From Pelagomonas calceolata (Eukaryota), in the NCBI GenBank assembly GCA_918797485.1, contig CAKKNE010000004.1, positions 4,216,001 through 4,280,000 on the forward strand: a DNA stretch of 64,000 nucleotides, read 5' to 3'. The notes beneath the pieces were generated by a model. The model ran no database searches and was not told the DNA's origin. It saw nothing but the letters and a program-made list of their open reading frames with translations. A program made the position numbers and the translations under genes. This document shows positions 39,501-47,040 of the stretch, in pieces (within the stretch, counting starts at the first letter, position 1; the number at the start of each line of letters is the position of its first letter).

Positions 39501-41497
39501 GGCCGTCGTCGCCGCGGACGAAGAAGGCCGCGCGCGTGCCGACGACGGCGCCGCCCGCGCGGCCGCCGCCGCCGGCCCAGCGCGCCGCCGCGCCGCCGCC
39601 GGCCGCGGTGTCGGCCGCCACGGCGACGGCGATGTGCGAGCGAGGGGCGCACGTCGCCGACGTGGAGAAACCTACCGTCCGCGGCGTCGCCAAGGGGCAC
39701 AGCTCGGGCTGGATGGTCGTGTTAACGCCCTTGGGCTACTTCGCCATGTTTCCACTCACTCGCGTCACGGCGACGACGCTGACGGCGGCCGAGGCCGAGG
39801 CGTGCGCCCGGAAGGACCTGCGCCCGGCGCGCGAGTGGCTCCAGGCGCGGCTTGACGAGGAGATAGAGGTCGAGGTCGGGAACACGGTCTACCGGAACAG
39901 ATATAGACCGCGCGCGGACGGCTCGTCGGAGTGTCAGATCGTGGCCGACGCCGCGACGCGGCGCGTGCGCTGCGCGCTGTGCGACTGGGAGCTGCCGCGG
40001 CACCACGTCGAGGACCTCGAGCGCGACCTCGCGGCGCGGCCGACGACGGCCTGGCACTACTCGAGCCTGTGGCAGACGCTCCAGGCGCACTGCGGCATGG
40101 GAGACGCCGGCCTGTCGCAGGAGGCGCGGCGCCACCGCGTGCGCCTGCTCGCGGCCGCCAACACGCCCACGGCGCCGGCGCCGCCGCCCACGGCCGAGCC
40201 GGCCCCGGAGCGCCGCAGGAAGCAGCAGACGATCGGGCCCAGTGATACAACCGCGGCGCCGCCGCCGCCCGACACGTCGCAGGACGAGTTATTAGCAAGG
40301 CAGCTCGCGGAGCAGGAGGGCGCGGTCATCGAGGAGGGTCACTTGGAGAAGAACGAGTTCGGGCGGTTCATGTGCCCGGCGGGCTGCGACAAGACCTTTA
40401 AGTTCGCGGGCGCGGCGATCAAGCACGGCACGAAGTGCGTCCAGGACCTCCGGAAGCGGAGGCGGCGCGGCGGCGCCTCAGCGCCGCGGCCGGCGCCAAA
40501 GCGGCCGCGCGCGGCGCCGCGGGACCGCGCCGCGGAGGAGGCGGCGCGGGAGGCGAAGGTCAAGGCCGACCTCGAGCGCGAGCTCGCCGCGGCGCGCGCG
40601 ACGGCGCGGCCGCCGCCCGAGGACGACGACCGGGCTGTTGATTTGGCGGCCGTCGAGCGGCCGGCGACGCGGTGGCAGGAGTGCCACCCGGACTCCGACG
40701 GCGAGCTGCCGCCGCCGCGGCCGCCGCCTATTATGGTACCCGAGCCCGGGCGCGGGCGGGGCAAGCCGCCGCTCGGCAAGATGAAGCGCAAGGCCCCGAG
40801 CCCGCGCCTCGAGGCCGCCGCGACGTACGAAGCGTGGGCGGCCGACGACGACGGGTCGCCGCGGGGCCAGAAGCCGCCCATCAAGAAGCTGCGCGAGCGG
40901 CTCGCGAGCGTCGACGTCCTCGACGAGGTCGCGACGGCCGAGGCGTCGTGGGGGCCGCTCGAAGGGACCGCGGCCGTCGTGGGCACGGGGAGTCTCGACG
41001 TCCGGCGCGTGTTCGAGGTCGTCGTGAACCTGCTCGACGACGAGAAGAAGCGCGAGCTCCGCGCCGTCGGCCAGCGCCTCAAGGGCGCCAACGGCGGCCG
41101 CGCGCCGCTGCCCGACCTCGTCAGGGAGACCGTGGCGCTCGTGGGGTCGGAGCGCTGGTCGTTCGCCGTGGCGGAGGCGGCGCGGCGGCAGAGCCGCGAC
41201 GCGCCTCCTTTGCCGTCGCAGAGCCGCAGCGCGCCTCCTCCTTTGCCTGCGGCCGTCGTGTCGCCCCCGACTTCACTGCCGGTCGCGTGGCAGAAGGCTG
41301 GCTTGACCGAGCGACCGCGCGACACGCACTCCGCGCCGCGACCCGAAGAGGACGCCTCGTCTCGAACGTTGACGGACGCCGTCGATACTGCCCTGCAAGC
41401 CGTCGAGCTACGAAGCGGTGGAGCTCCCGTCGCGCCGCCTCCCGTGCTGCCGAGCGTCTCGTCCGAGGACCTGGGCCAGGCCGAGCGGACTGTTTAA
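33527..41497 (+). CDS. Giant multidomain chromatin-associated protein (Tudor-like, zinc fingers, Myb/SANT, RING, LysM-like, MBD-like)
   Basis: VEGNWNDQGRWYTAVV Tudor-like; four CxxGCxxxF..H..C fingers; WTAEEEADL and WTADEDAAL Myb repeats; CTICYDD..CYWC RING-like. First ATG at 33527. Confidence 0.8.
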   Translation: MADDPTAAVTNSTTHETAPTTSSADAAAAREQAIRELTLAEFKKVKDGFTKDQWQNMPREKRSKIMGAAHEVAKTEIAAREEAAAAAAPPPPRTSRFDVPPDAAAPDADALPQHPHTREQSDDSHRSSPSPPADAPSPRRRSPSPPADKKPEKRRRKPSPRPQEPPRSFGVMDTVEGNWNDQGRWYTAVVEGVFADGTINLKYVDGDKETRVPPSRVRPLPKRGSSNKGGGRRAAPKKAPAKKAARKAKPPPFTCPQYTPRDHYDELDDSASDVSVPRRWLRALQPTPTSPPPSDRDALFDNADSSSSSDGGPVALAASTAPCRGAYDRRRAVFGAALRPPPAGYDAGRVALTLAGRRRPALSAFFRAAAASDGDSDSDSEAAAPRRRPRPARPRAPAEVRTWVTDAGGRRHSSRLASPKAAAKKKAPSPRRAPARRRAPQVPCTQGCGRSFATPQDMRQHARNDCPARPAAALSEEDEPEDDDAALSALTESELRRVMARRGVGAAAPAPPAVEASGVGAAPADGANETEDAMDTDAPPWPAAGRKLLDEIKAENERSDVRASLETLRPKLTSYGFSNSNDSWKSGFCSLSVPAGFPSNQNTRRVEHGTKIRSIPDLVRYLEHALGEASDAEDDAEAHPAPPPPPGSRVAVRFDDGEDYEGTIGDALDERSAACQFDDGTSDVIRFPDPDVRVTRVGPGAAPAPPLVMVLSAARPPRAPRSRGARKRPRPVLSVSTAPDARHPCAFGCGLTFATGHAAEAHAARYCARRPPEVIAAVTAAAPRGDDAVLAAARAARRALGEDAPDPPDAVEEAKPASPRPARWTAEEEADLRRLVAEAGADRDWAAIADRLGTGRSAAAVEARFGPDKSASPRSGPKACEVRRVGDKKWRRFASRSDAAAAFPELSKPDITHLINNTGRGRTANKQYEARDAVDEAEASDDEAGASDDAAPAPGPSLGPRDERGRYPCPAGCPRTFAHAPAAVQHGKSCAARSAPGFVRTADGRAAKIVEKLSAGRFLVDVFDEQGNFYERIKRKRSFFEPGQDHLLDLAPPRGAAAAAAPADGDDEAEDATPAEEAEPADGADEAEDAMDTGDAVEAAPAAPAPAPADGGSTAAASSLPYGGDVQAAMAARDRGAVRALLKHQEESRPKPRGEDAAAAAAADDAAPEPAAPPEADEPPAVDAPAAPDEAEAAWVADARRLLGEAQDRSDRNQKGVLEAMRPALTRCGFRGDPPWVSGQAYISPPATFPDYYEVWGRDNAGQGAKGQRKITSVPALVGYLERALALAEAGSEQPRPSRERPRTGVTESPWTADEDAALRRAVAAARVSGRVNWTSVLGQLLGETRRTEAALRARWDQLGDQPAPQPARSTSPRSRAVAWAAVHPLLGGDDGLPLPAPTRRPPPLSSALPTTALTDETGECTICYDDGVKVATLKCCGNKACASCLGRLKDHDWKCYWCRQHVPERSLRAALNGVEVWPPPRPKSAVRKTDEQRRVEPPRERDAPPRPRRAPPSIVGEGAATRGPGDVVLSRAGPDYICRLGETPGHVGNLLHVAPDYILDLTKRRHGRDLQEVSGLQCGARLALPAPREPWRVPPLLPPKAATQMLAGELYHREADDDGHDGRCYYKCHDNDTPQQICRLFGVDHLAYDTLRLDNFAGSKPLRSDRLKDETMVVLPVQCLQSDAAIQAQRRAKPCAACRLEGDTGAIFCRKQDRHAAPNYDEPRPQMDTRVRVRYQVDDGRDAEDSQAFAWFFGSVVGLEEKENGELALKVNYDGEEGHIDETWPSEDLVILPTDGSLPLKSPDEAASKEKYMNARVRPRGYRLWCRVVNVEISMVEAWDGVILTLRREDMRDESEDDQFQLSHLSEASCWARPELCPAPRGAAIVAAPPPAPRARVGSPYAPAAEPDDQAAALDALRTRLGGRGRAGRDVLAGWTGSRKKLTRVGGHSNGYAYTFTDPDGEQYHSLTEAARAAERRLPGDAAGEEEEQPRPSSPRTKKAARVPTTAPPARPPPPAQRAAAPPPAAVSAATATAMCERGAHVADVEKPTVRGVAKGHSSGWMVVLTPLGYFAMFPLTRVTATTLTAAEAEACARKDLRPAREWLQARLDEEIEVEVGNTVYRNRYRPRADGSSECQIVADAATRRVRCALCDWELPRHHVEDLERDLAARPTTAWHYSSLWQTLQAHCGMGDAGLSQEARRHRVRLLAAANTPTAPAPPPTAEPAPERRRKQQTIGPSDTTAAPPPPDTSQDELLARQLAEQEGAVIEEGHLEKNEFGRFMCPAGCDKTFKFAGAAIKHGTKCVQDLRKRRRRGGASAPRPAPKRPRAAPRDRAAEEAAREAKVKADLERELAAARATARPPPEDDDRAVDLAAVERPATRWQECHPDSDGELPPPRPPPIMVPEPGRGRGKPPLGKMKRKAPSPRLEAAATYEAWAADDDGSPRGQKPPIKKLRERLASVDVLDEVATAEASWGPLEGTAAVVGTGSLDVRRVFEVVVNLLDDEKKRELRAVGQRLKGANGGRAPLPDLVRETVALVGSERWSFAVAEAARRQSRDAPPLPSQSRSAPPPLPAAVVSPPTSLPVAWQKAGLTERPRDTHSAPRPEEDASSRTLTDAVDTALQAVELRSGGAPVAPPPVLPSVSSEDLGQAERTV

Positions 41498-41606
41498 AGT
41501 GAATTGTGTCATACGACCTCATTTCCGGAAGCCATGAAGCTCGAGATCGAAATGTTACGGTGCTAGAACTAGGTGGGCGGAGCCCAGATCGATCGATGCA
41601 CGGTTG

Positions 41607-41628
41607 CTAGTGTCTTACAAGACGCTAG
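41607..41628 (+). promoter_or_regulatory. CTAG element, near-palindromic copy (CTAGTGTCTTACAAGACGCTAG)
   Basis: Core copy about 250 bp upstream of the ATG at 41879. Confidence 0.7.
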
Positions 41629-41878
41629 CTAACTCGCCTCGGCTGCCCCCGGCTTTTAAGCCCTGCCACTCGCCCATCAAACACCATTGGAGGCTGAGAG
41701 GACTGCTTAAATACGGCTCTACCATCCATCGGGCCAGCAGCGTCCCGTCGGAGCGAGCAAACACCAGCAGCCCAGAGGCGCTAAACAAGCTGCAGACGCC
41801 GCTGCGGCGCTAAACGAGCTGCCCCGACGCCGCCACAGCGTTCAACGAGCTGCCCGGACGCCGCCGCGGCGCTAAACC

Positions 41879-43141
41879 ATGATGGGCGGCATGGGCGACG
41901 CCGCGGCCATCGCGTCCGCCCTCGCCAAGACGAAGCGGCGGGGCCACGCCGCCGCCGAGGCCGCGAGGGCGCCCGCGCCGCCGCCCATAAACTTCGACGC
42001 ACATCTAGATGACGGCCCGGTGGCCGGCAAGGCCTACCCGAGCGGCGAGTGGTATCCCAGACGCAAGCCCGGCCCGCACCCCTACGACTGCGTGCCGCCC
42101 GGGGCTAGAAGGCCGGTAGTGTTCCCCCACGGCGAGTCGAGCGTCCTCGCGTTCATGCGGTCGCGGAATCCAAATTTTGATGGGAAGCCCATGGACATCA
42201 TGGACGGCTTCCAGCAGACGCATAAGAGGACGCGGCCGCTGGGCCAGGGCGACTTCCTGAAGGTTCCCAAACCCTATAGGTTGGCCTGGCAGTCGATCAC
42301 ACCGGACTCGACACAAGGTAAAAAAATGCGCAACCTCCAGAAGGCCCTGGCCAAGCACCAGCAGGGCGACAGCGAGGACCTCGACAAGTACTGCTGGAAG
42401 GATATCAGGCAAGTGCTCGAGGCGGGCGACGTGAAATCAAGTGAGAGACCCCAGACGACGCACGACCCGACGCATACGCCGCTGCACAAGGCGTGCTGGC
42501 GCGGCGACATTGATATAGTTCGAAAATTGGTCACGGGCTGCCACGCGTCGATGCGTGCGAAGCTCGTGACGGCGTCGAATAAAATAGGGGCCACGCCGCT
42601 CCACCTATGCTGCGACGGCTCGCGACCGTTTTTTGCGGGTGCGACGGGGCGGTGCGACATCGCTAGACTTTGCTTGGCGAATGGCGCGGACGTGAACGCG
42701 CGGGACGAGCGGGGGTGCACCCCGCTCCACAAGGCCTGCTACCAGGGCGACGCTTTATTATGCAAGGTTTTGCTTGAGCACGGCGCCGACGAAAACGTGG
42801 TGGATGCGAACCAGCGCGTGCCGACGTCGGAGAGCGAGGGGAAAACACAGAGGCCCCACGCGCTCGAGGTCGCGGCGGCCATCGATTCTGTGATTGGGCC
42901 CGAGCGGGCTCTGGTTCGGGCCCGAAAATGCGCCGCGTCGGCCTACGTCCGCCAGGTCGTGCACGACGCCGTCAAGCGCGCGCGGCCGCCGCTGCCCTTC
43001 GCGCACCAGCTGTACCGCGAAAAGAAGTTCCCGCGCGCCAATAGCAGAGATCCGTCGCGAGCCAAAATGATGGCAAAGAAGTCGCGGTACCAGGTGAAGA
43101 AGGGGACGGACCGGCAAAAAAAGAAGGTAAGCAGTTTTTGA
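41879..43141 (+). CDS. Ankyrin repeat protein
   Basis: TPLHKAC, GATPLHLC and GCTPLHKAC repeats. Confidence 0.85.
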   Translation: MMGGMGDAAAIASALAKTKRRGHAAAEAARAPAPPPINFDAHLDDGPVAGKAYPSGEWYPRRKPGPHPYDCVPPGARRPVVFPHGESSVLAFMRSRNPNFDGKPMDIMDGFQQTHKRTRPLGQGDFLKVPKPYRLAWQSITPDSTQGKKMRNLQKALAKHQQGDSEDLDKYCWKDIRQVLEAGDVKSSERPQTTHDPTHTPLHKACWRGDIDIVRKLVTGCHASMRAKLVTASNKIGATPLHLCCDGSRPFFAGATGRCDIARLCLANGADVNARDERGCTPLHKACYQGDALLCKVLLEHGADENVVDANQRVPTSESEGKTQRPHALEVAAAIDSVIGPERALVRARKCAASAYVRQVVHDAVKRARPPLPFAHQLYREKKFPRANSRDPSRAKMMAKKSRYQVKKGTDRQKKKVSSF

Positions 43142-43212
43142 TGTAGTAGTCTGAGGCCTGGGGGAGGCGTTTCCACACGGCATTTTCGCTATATTATATG
43201 AGTTAGTAGCTA

Positions 43213-43419
43213 TTATGAATCTAGTCGACTTCCTCGGCCAAGCTCCCTGCCGGCGGGCGGCGGCGTCTCGCGGGCGCGGAGCTTGGCTCGTGCGCTTTGG
43301 AGGTTGCCCTCAATGGTCTCTGTGGTCGGGTGCGCGCCACCCAGCACGCGCCGCGCGATCCGTTCCGCGTCAACGAGCGTCTCCACGGCCTCGCGGAAAT
43401 CGTCTAGCGTTGCCGCCGC
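43213..43419 (-). pseudogene. 3'-only fragment of the same family as 31798-31967
   Basis: ATLDDFREAVETLVDAERIARRVLGGAHPTTETIEGNLQSARAKLRARETP with no ATG. 43333-43357 is identical to 31885-31909 (25 nt). Confidence 0.75.
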
Positions 43420-43476
43420 TCGACGCCGAAGTACTAGTAAGAGATAAATGCACAAACTCCTAGTCCCCGCCGAGAA

Positions 43477-46149
43477 CTACGCCATGCGCTTCGCGTTCTT
43501 CACGCCCTTGTCCTTGCGCCCGGAACCGCCGTGCAAACCTCCTCCAAATTTTTTCTTGCCCCCCTTGCTCTCCTCGGCGACGGCATCCAGGTCGACGAAG
43601 CGCGCCTTCTTGATGGACTGCGAGCCCTTGATGTACCGTCCCTCTACTCTCTCCCGCAGGTCGTCCTTGTTCTCCATGTAAGAGGCATAGTCCCCATCCC
43701 AACGGTGCAATTTTTGATCTTCAATATTGAAGATGGTGTTGGCTACTTGGCTGACGAAGTACCTATCATGCGAAACCACCACCACAGTACCATCAAAGTG
43801 CCGCAAGGCGTCCTCGAGCATCTCCTTCGCGGGGATGTCCAAGTGATTCGTCGGCTCGTCCAAGAACAATACGTTCGACGGACTAAGCATCATGGCGCAC
43901 AAGGCCACGCGAGCCTTCTCGCCACCGGACAGCGATTCGAGCTTCTTCTGCACGTCGTCGCCCTTGAACAGGAACTGTCCTAACAGAGCTCGGAGCTCAT
44001 TGTAAGATCTTTCAGCCCCTTCGGCGGAAGCATCTTCTATTGTTCTCATAACAGTCTTGGTCAAATCCATGGCGTCGGCCTGGTTCTGGGCGAAGTACTG
44101 CATCCTAACATTTGCGCTGCCGAACGACGCGTCTCCTTCCCGTGCGTCCTCCTTGCCGCTCACGACGCGTAACAGTGTCGACTTACCGGCACCGTTCGCC
44201 CCCAAGATGGCCACCCGGTCCCGCCTCCGCAAGTCGAAGGACACGTCCTCGAATAAGGTAACGTCGCCATAACCATGGGTAACATCATTCACAGCTAAGA
44301 CGTCGTTGCCGCAGCGAGGCGGTTCCGGGAATCTAAACCGCAACCCTTTACCATCAGAAGGTGGTCTCTCCACCAAGTCGGGCGACGCTAGCAATTTCTC
44401 CAGGGCCTTCTCGCGCGACTTCGCCTGCGCCGCCTTGCTCCCGGCCCGGTTCTTATTGATGAAGTCCTTGTCGGTCTTGATCTTGGCCTGCTGCCGCTTG
44501 TAGGCGGCCTCCCACTGCTTCATGCGCTCGCGTTTCGCTCGTAGGAATTTTGAGTAGTTACCATTATAGGAGGTACATATACCCCTATCGGTATCCACTA
44601 TCCTAGTACACACTTGATCCAAGAATTCCCGGTCGTGGGACACGATGACCATGGCCAACGTTTGTTCTCGTAGGAACGCTTCCAGCCATTCTACACTTTC
44701 TAGGTCCAAGTGGTTGGTCGGCTCATCTAACAGTAGTACATCCGGCCGCTCGAGCAAAACTTTGGCCAGCCCGATGCGCATCTTCCACCCGCCTGAAAAC
44801 GATGCAACTAAGGCGTCTAGATCAGCTTCCCCAAAGCCCATCTGCTGCGCGACCCTATCGACCAACGCTTCGATGTTCAGCGCGTCGCCGTCTTGGGCTT
44901 TTTGCTGGAGCTCCTCGAACTTCTCGAGGGCGCCGTCTTCACCGGAAGTTAACGCTTCCTCCGCCTCCGCTAACTCTTTCAGGAGTTCGGCCTCCTTGAC
45001 GAACACCGACGCGAGTTCTTCGCGTAACGTCTTCGACGGGTCCAGACTCTCGGAAAACTCCTGTTTCAAATAAGCGATCTTCACGCCTTCTGACGAGAGG
45101 ACAACATCACCCGACGTCGGCTCCAACTCGCCCGCCAGCACCTTGAGTTGCGTCGTCTTGCCGCCGCCGTTCGCGCCCACTAACCCGACCCGATCGCCCG
45201 TCGTCACGGACCACGACGCGTCCTTCAGGACCTCCGTGTTCTTGAACACCACACTGACCTTCTCTAGCCGTACGGTAGCCGCACCACTTGAAGACTGCTC
45301 GATGCGCCGCACGCGAGCCGAGCCCCGTTGCCGCTTCATCTTCTCTTCGAGCGTGACCTCTTCCTCGGCCTCCTCGGCGGCTACTGTGGGTGGCGCGAAC
45401 GACTCTTCCTCCTCTTCGACGGCGACGGGCTCCTCCTGCTTCTTGCCCTTCTTTTTCTTGTCCTTCTTGTCCTTCTTCTGCTTCTTCGGCTTTACGGGTA
45501 TGTCGTCAAAATCATCATCGAGGGCCTCGAGCTCCGCTAACAGAGCGAGTCGTTTGGCCTCCTTGGGCGAGAGCTTCTTCTCGGGCTCGGGCTCGGGCTC
45601 CGGTTCCGGTTCCGGTTCCGGTTCCGGCTCGGCGGCGGCCTCGGCGGCCTCGAGGGCCTCAAGGGCCTCGAGGCCCGCGGCGGCCGCGGCGCCGGCAGCG
45701 CCCTTCGGGCCCTTCTTGGCCTTCTTGGCCTTCTTCGGGGGCGCCGCCGCAACCACAGGCTCGGGCTCCGGGGCCTCGGCGGCCTCGAGGGCCTCGAGCG
45801 CCGCGAGCGCGTCGGCCGCGGCGCCGGCGCCGGCGCCCTTGCCGGCGGACTTCTTGGCCTTCTTCTTCTTGAGCTTCGGTGCGGGCGGCGGCGCGGCGGG
45901 CTCCTCGGGTTCAGCGACGGCCGCTTCGGCGGCCTCGAGCGCTTCGAGGGCCTCGAGGCCGGCCAACGCCGCGGCGCCGGCGGCGCCCTTGGGGCCCTTC
46001 TTCGCCTTCTTCGCGCTCAGGGCGACGCAGCGCGGCGGTTGCGCCGCGCGCGCGTGCCGCGCCGGCCCGAGAGCGGGCGCGGGGCCGGCCACGAAGGGCT
46101 GCACGGACGGCAGGAGCGCGGCCAGCAACACTAACAAATTAACACTCAT
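43477..46149 (-). CDS. ABCF: ABC-F family translation factor, probably plastid-targeted
   Basis: Two ABC cassettes (GANGGGKTT/FSGGWKMR/LLLDEPTNHLD and GANGAGKST/LSGGEKAR) and no transmembrane domain. Signal peptide followed by Phe (VQP-FVAG). Start could also be 46170. Confidence 0.92.
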   Translation of the reverse strand: MSVNLLVLLAALLPSVQPFVAGPAPALGPARHARAAQPPRCVALSAKKAKKGPKGAAGAAALAGLEALEALEAAEAAVAEPEEPAAPPPAPKLKKKKAKKSAGKGAGAGAAADALAALEALEAAEAPEPEPVVAAAPPKKAKKAKKGPKGAAGAAAAAGLEALEALEAAEAAAEPEPEPEPEPEPEPEPEKKLSPKEAKRLALLAELEALDDDFDDIPVKPKKQKKDKKDKKKKGKKQEEPVAVEEEEESFAPPTVAAEEAEEEVTLEEKMKRQRGSARVRRIEQSSSGAATVRLEKVSVVFKNTEVLKDASWSVTTGDRVGLVGANGGGKTTQLKVLAGELEPTSGDVVLSSEGVKIAYLKQEFSESLDPSKTLREELASVFVKEAELLKELAEAEEALTSGEDGALEKFEELQQKAQDGDALNIEALVDRVAQQMGFGEADLDALVASFSGGWKMRIGLAKVLLERPDVLLLDEPTNHLDLESVEWLEAFLREQTLAMVIVSHDREFLDQVCTRIVDTDRGICTSYNGNYSKFLRAKRERMKQWEAAYKRQQAKIKTDKDFINKNRAGSKAAQAKSREKALEKLLASPDLVERPPSDGKGLRFRFPEPPRCGNDVLAVNDVTHGYGDVTLFEDVSFDLRRRDRVAILGANGAGKSTLLRVVSGKEDAREGDASFGSANVRMQYFAQNQADAMDLTKTVMRTIEDASAEGAERSYNELRALLGQFLFKGDDVQKKLESLSGGEKARVALCAMMLSPSNVLFLDEPTNHLDIPAKEMLEDALRHFDGTVVVVSHDRYFVSQVANTIFNIEDQKLHRWDGDYASYMENKDDLRERVEGRYIKGSQSIKKARFVDLDAVAEESKGGKKKFGGGLHGGSGRKDKGVKNAKRMA
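45580..45630 (-). repeat. (Glu-Pro)n hexanucleotide coding repeat
   Basis: CTCGGG and TTCCGG hexamer runs on the + strand. Confidence 0.9.
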
Positions 46150-46417
46150 CGCTGGTCGTCGTCTTATCATCTCAGCGACCGCAGCGAATACCGCAGCTCA
46201 CCCGTGTCCCGGTACCGCGCTCCGACGCGCCGCGGGGCTGGTTGCAGGCAAGTGCGTCTGCCAAGGCAGTCTCGCGTCGTTGCTCGCCAGAGGTGGTCGA
46301 CGCCGGAGTGACAGCGTTTGCCAATGTCCTGGGAAGGCTGACAGCGTCCACTAGGTCTAGGAAGGGCTAGCGACGGCAACAGAGCCGATTGACGTAGACT
46401 GCTGCCTCCTCGGCTTG

Positions 46418-46437
46418 CTAGTGTCTTACACCGCTAG
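46418..46437 (+). promoter_or_regulatory. CTAG element (CTAGTGTCTTACACCGCTAG)
   Basis: Core copy about 250-270 bp upstream of the ABCF start. Confidence 0.7.
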
Positions 46438-46482
46438 CTTTGATTTTCCAACGAGTCCTCAAGGGTACTATTTTCCTCTATG

Positions 46483-46932
46483 TTACTTTTCTACAAAAGA
46501 CCCGTCCGCGCTCTTCATGTATACGGTGCCGTCGTCGCCGGTGAATGTCGGCGGCGCGAGAAGCGGCTGCAACACGCCGAAGAAGAGCCCCGTGATGATC
46601 GAGACAATCGCGGCGCCAGCAATGATCTTCGTGATGGTGTCGTCGGTGTTCGCGTCCATCGCAGAGCCTAAGTCGTATTCCTCGCCTGGTCGCGCGCCCA
46701 AGCGTTTCGCGTTCTTCTCCGAGTAAGCCCCGCGATCTCGTTGGCGTCCCGCAAGCCAGTCGTCGGCGGCCGCTTTCGACCACTTCTTCTTGTAGTATTC
46801 ATACATCCGCTCGTCATCGTTCTGTGCTGCCAGAGAGCTTGTTGGCCTCAGGGTGGCACGAAGCGCAGGCGTCGTGAACGCAGCGACCGAGCCCCAGCAG
46901 AGCAACAATTGCATACGGAAATGCATTCCCAT
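46483..46932 (-). CDS. Small plastid-targeted single-pass membrane protein
   Basis: LLLCWGSVAA-FTTP bipartite presequence; transmembrane segment IIAGAAIVSIITGLFFGVL. Start ATG uncertain (46932, 46926 or 46914). Confidence 0.7.
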   Translation of the reverse strand: MGMHFRMQLLLCWGSVAAFTTPALRATLRPTSSLAAQNDDERMYEYYKKKWSKAAADDWLAGRQRDRGAYSEKNAKRLGARPGEEYDLGSAMDANTDDTITKIIAGAAIVSIITGLFFGVLQPLLAPPTFTGDDGTVYMKSADGSFVEK

Positions 46933-47040
46933 GAGAATTTGACAGCGCAAAAGCACCGCTGCGCGGTCAGAGCGTGTCTCTGCTGGTTGTTAGGTAGCGT
47001 ATGAGGCACTAGCGAACAAAAAACTAACAAAGCAATCTTC

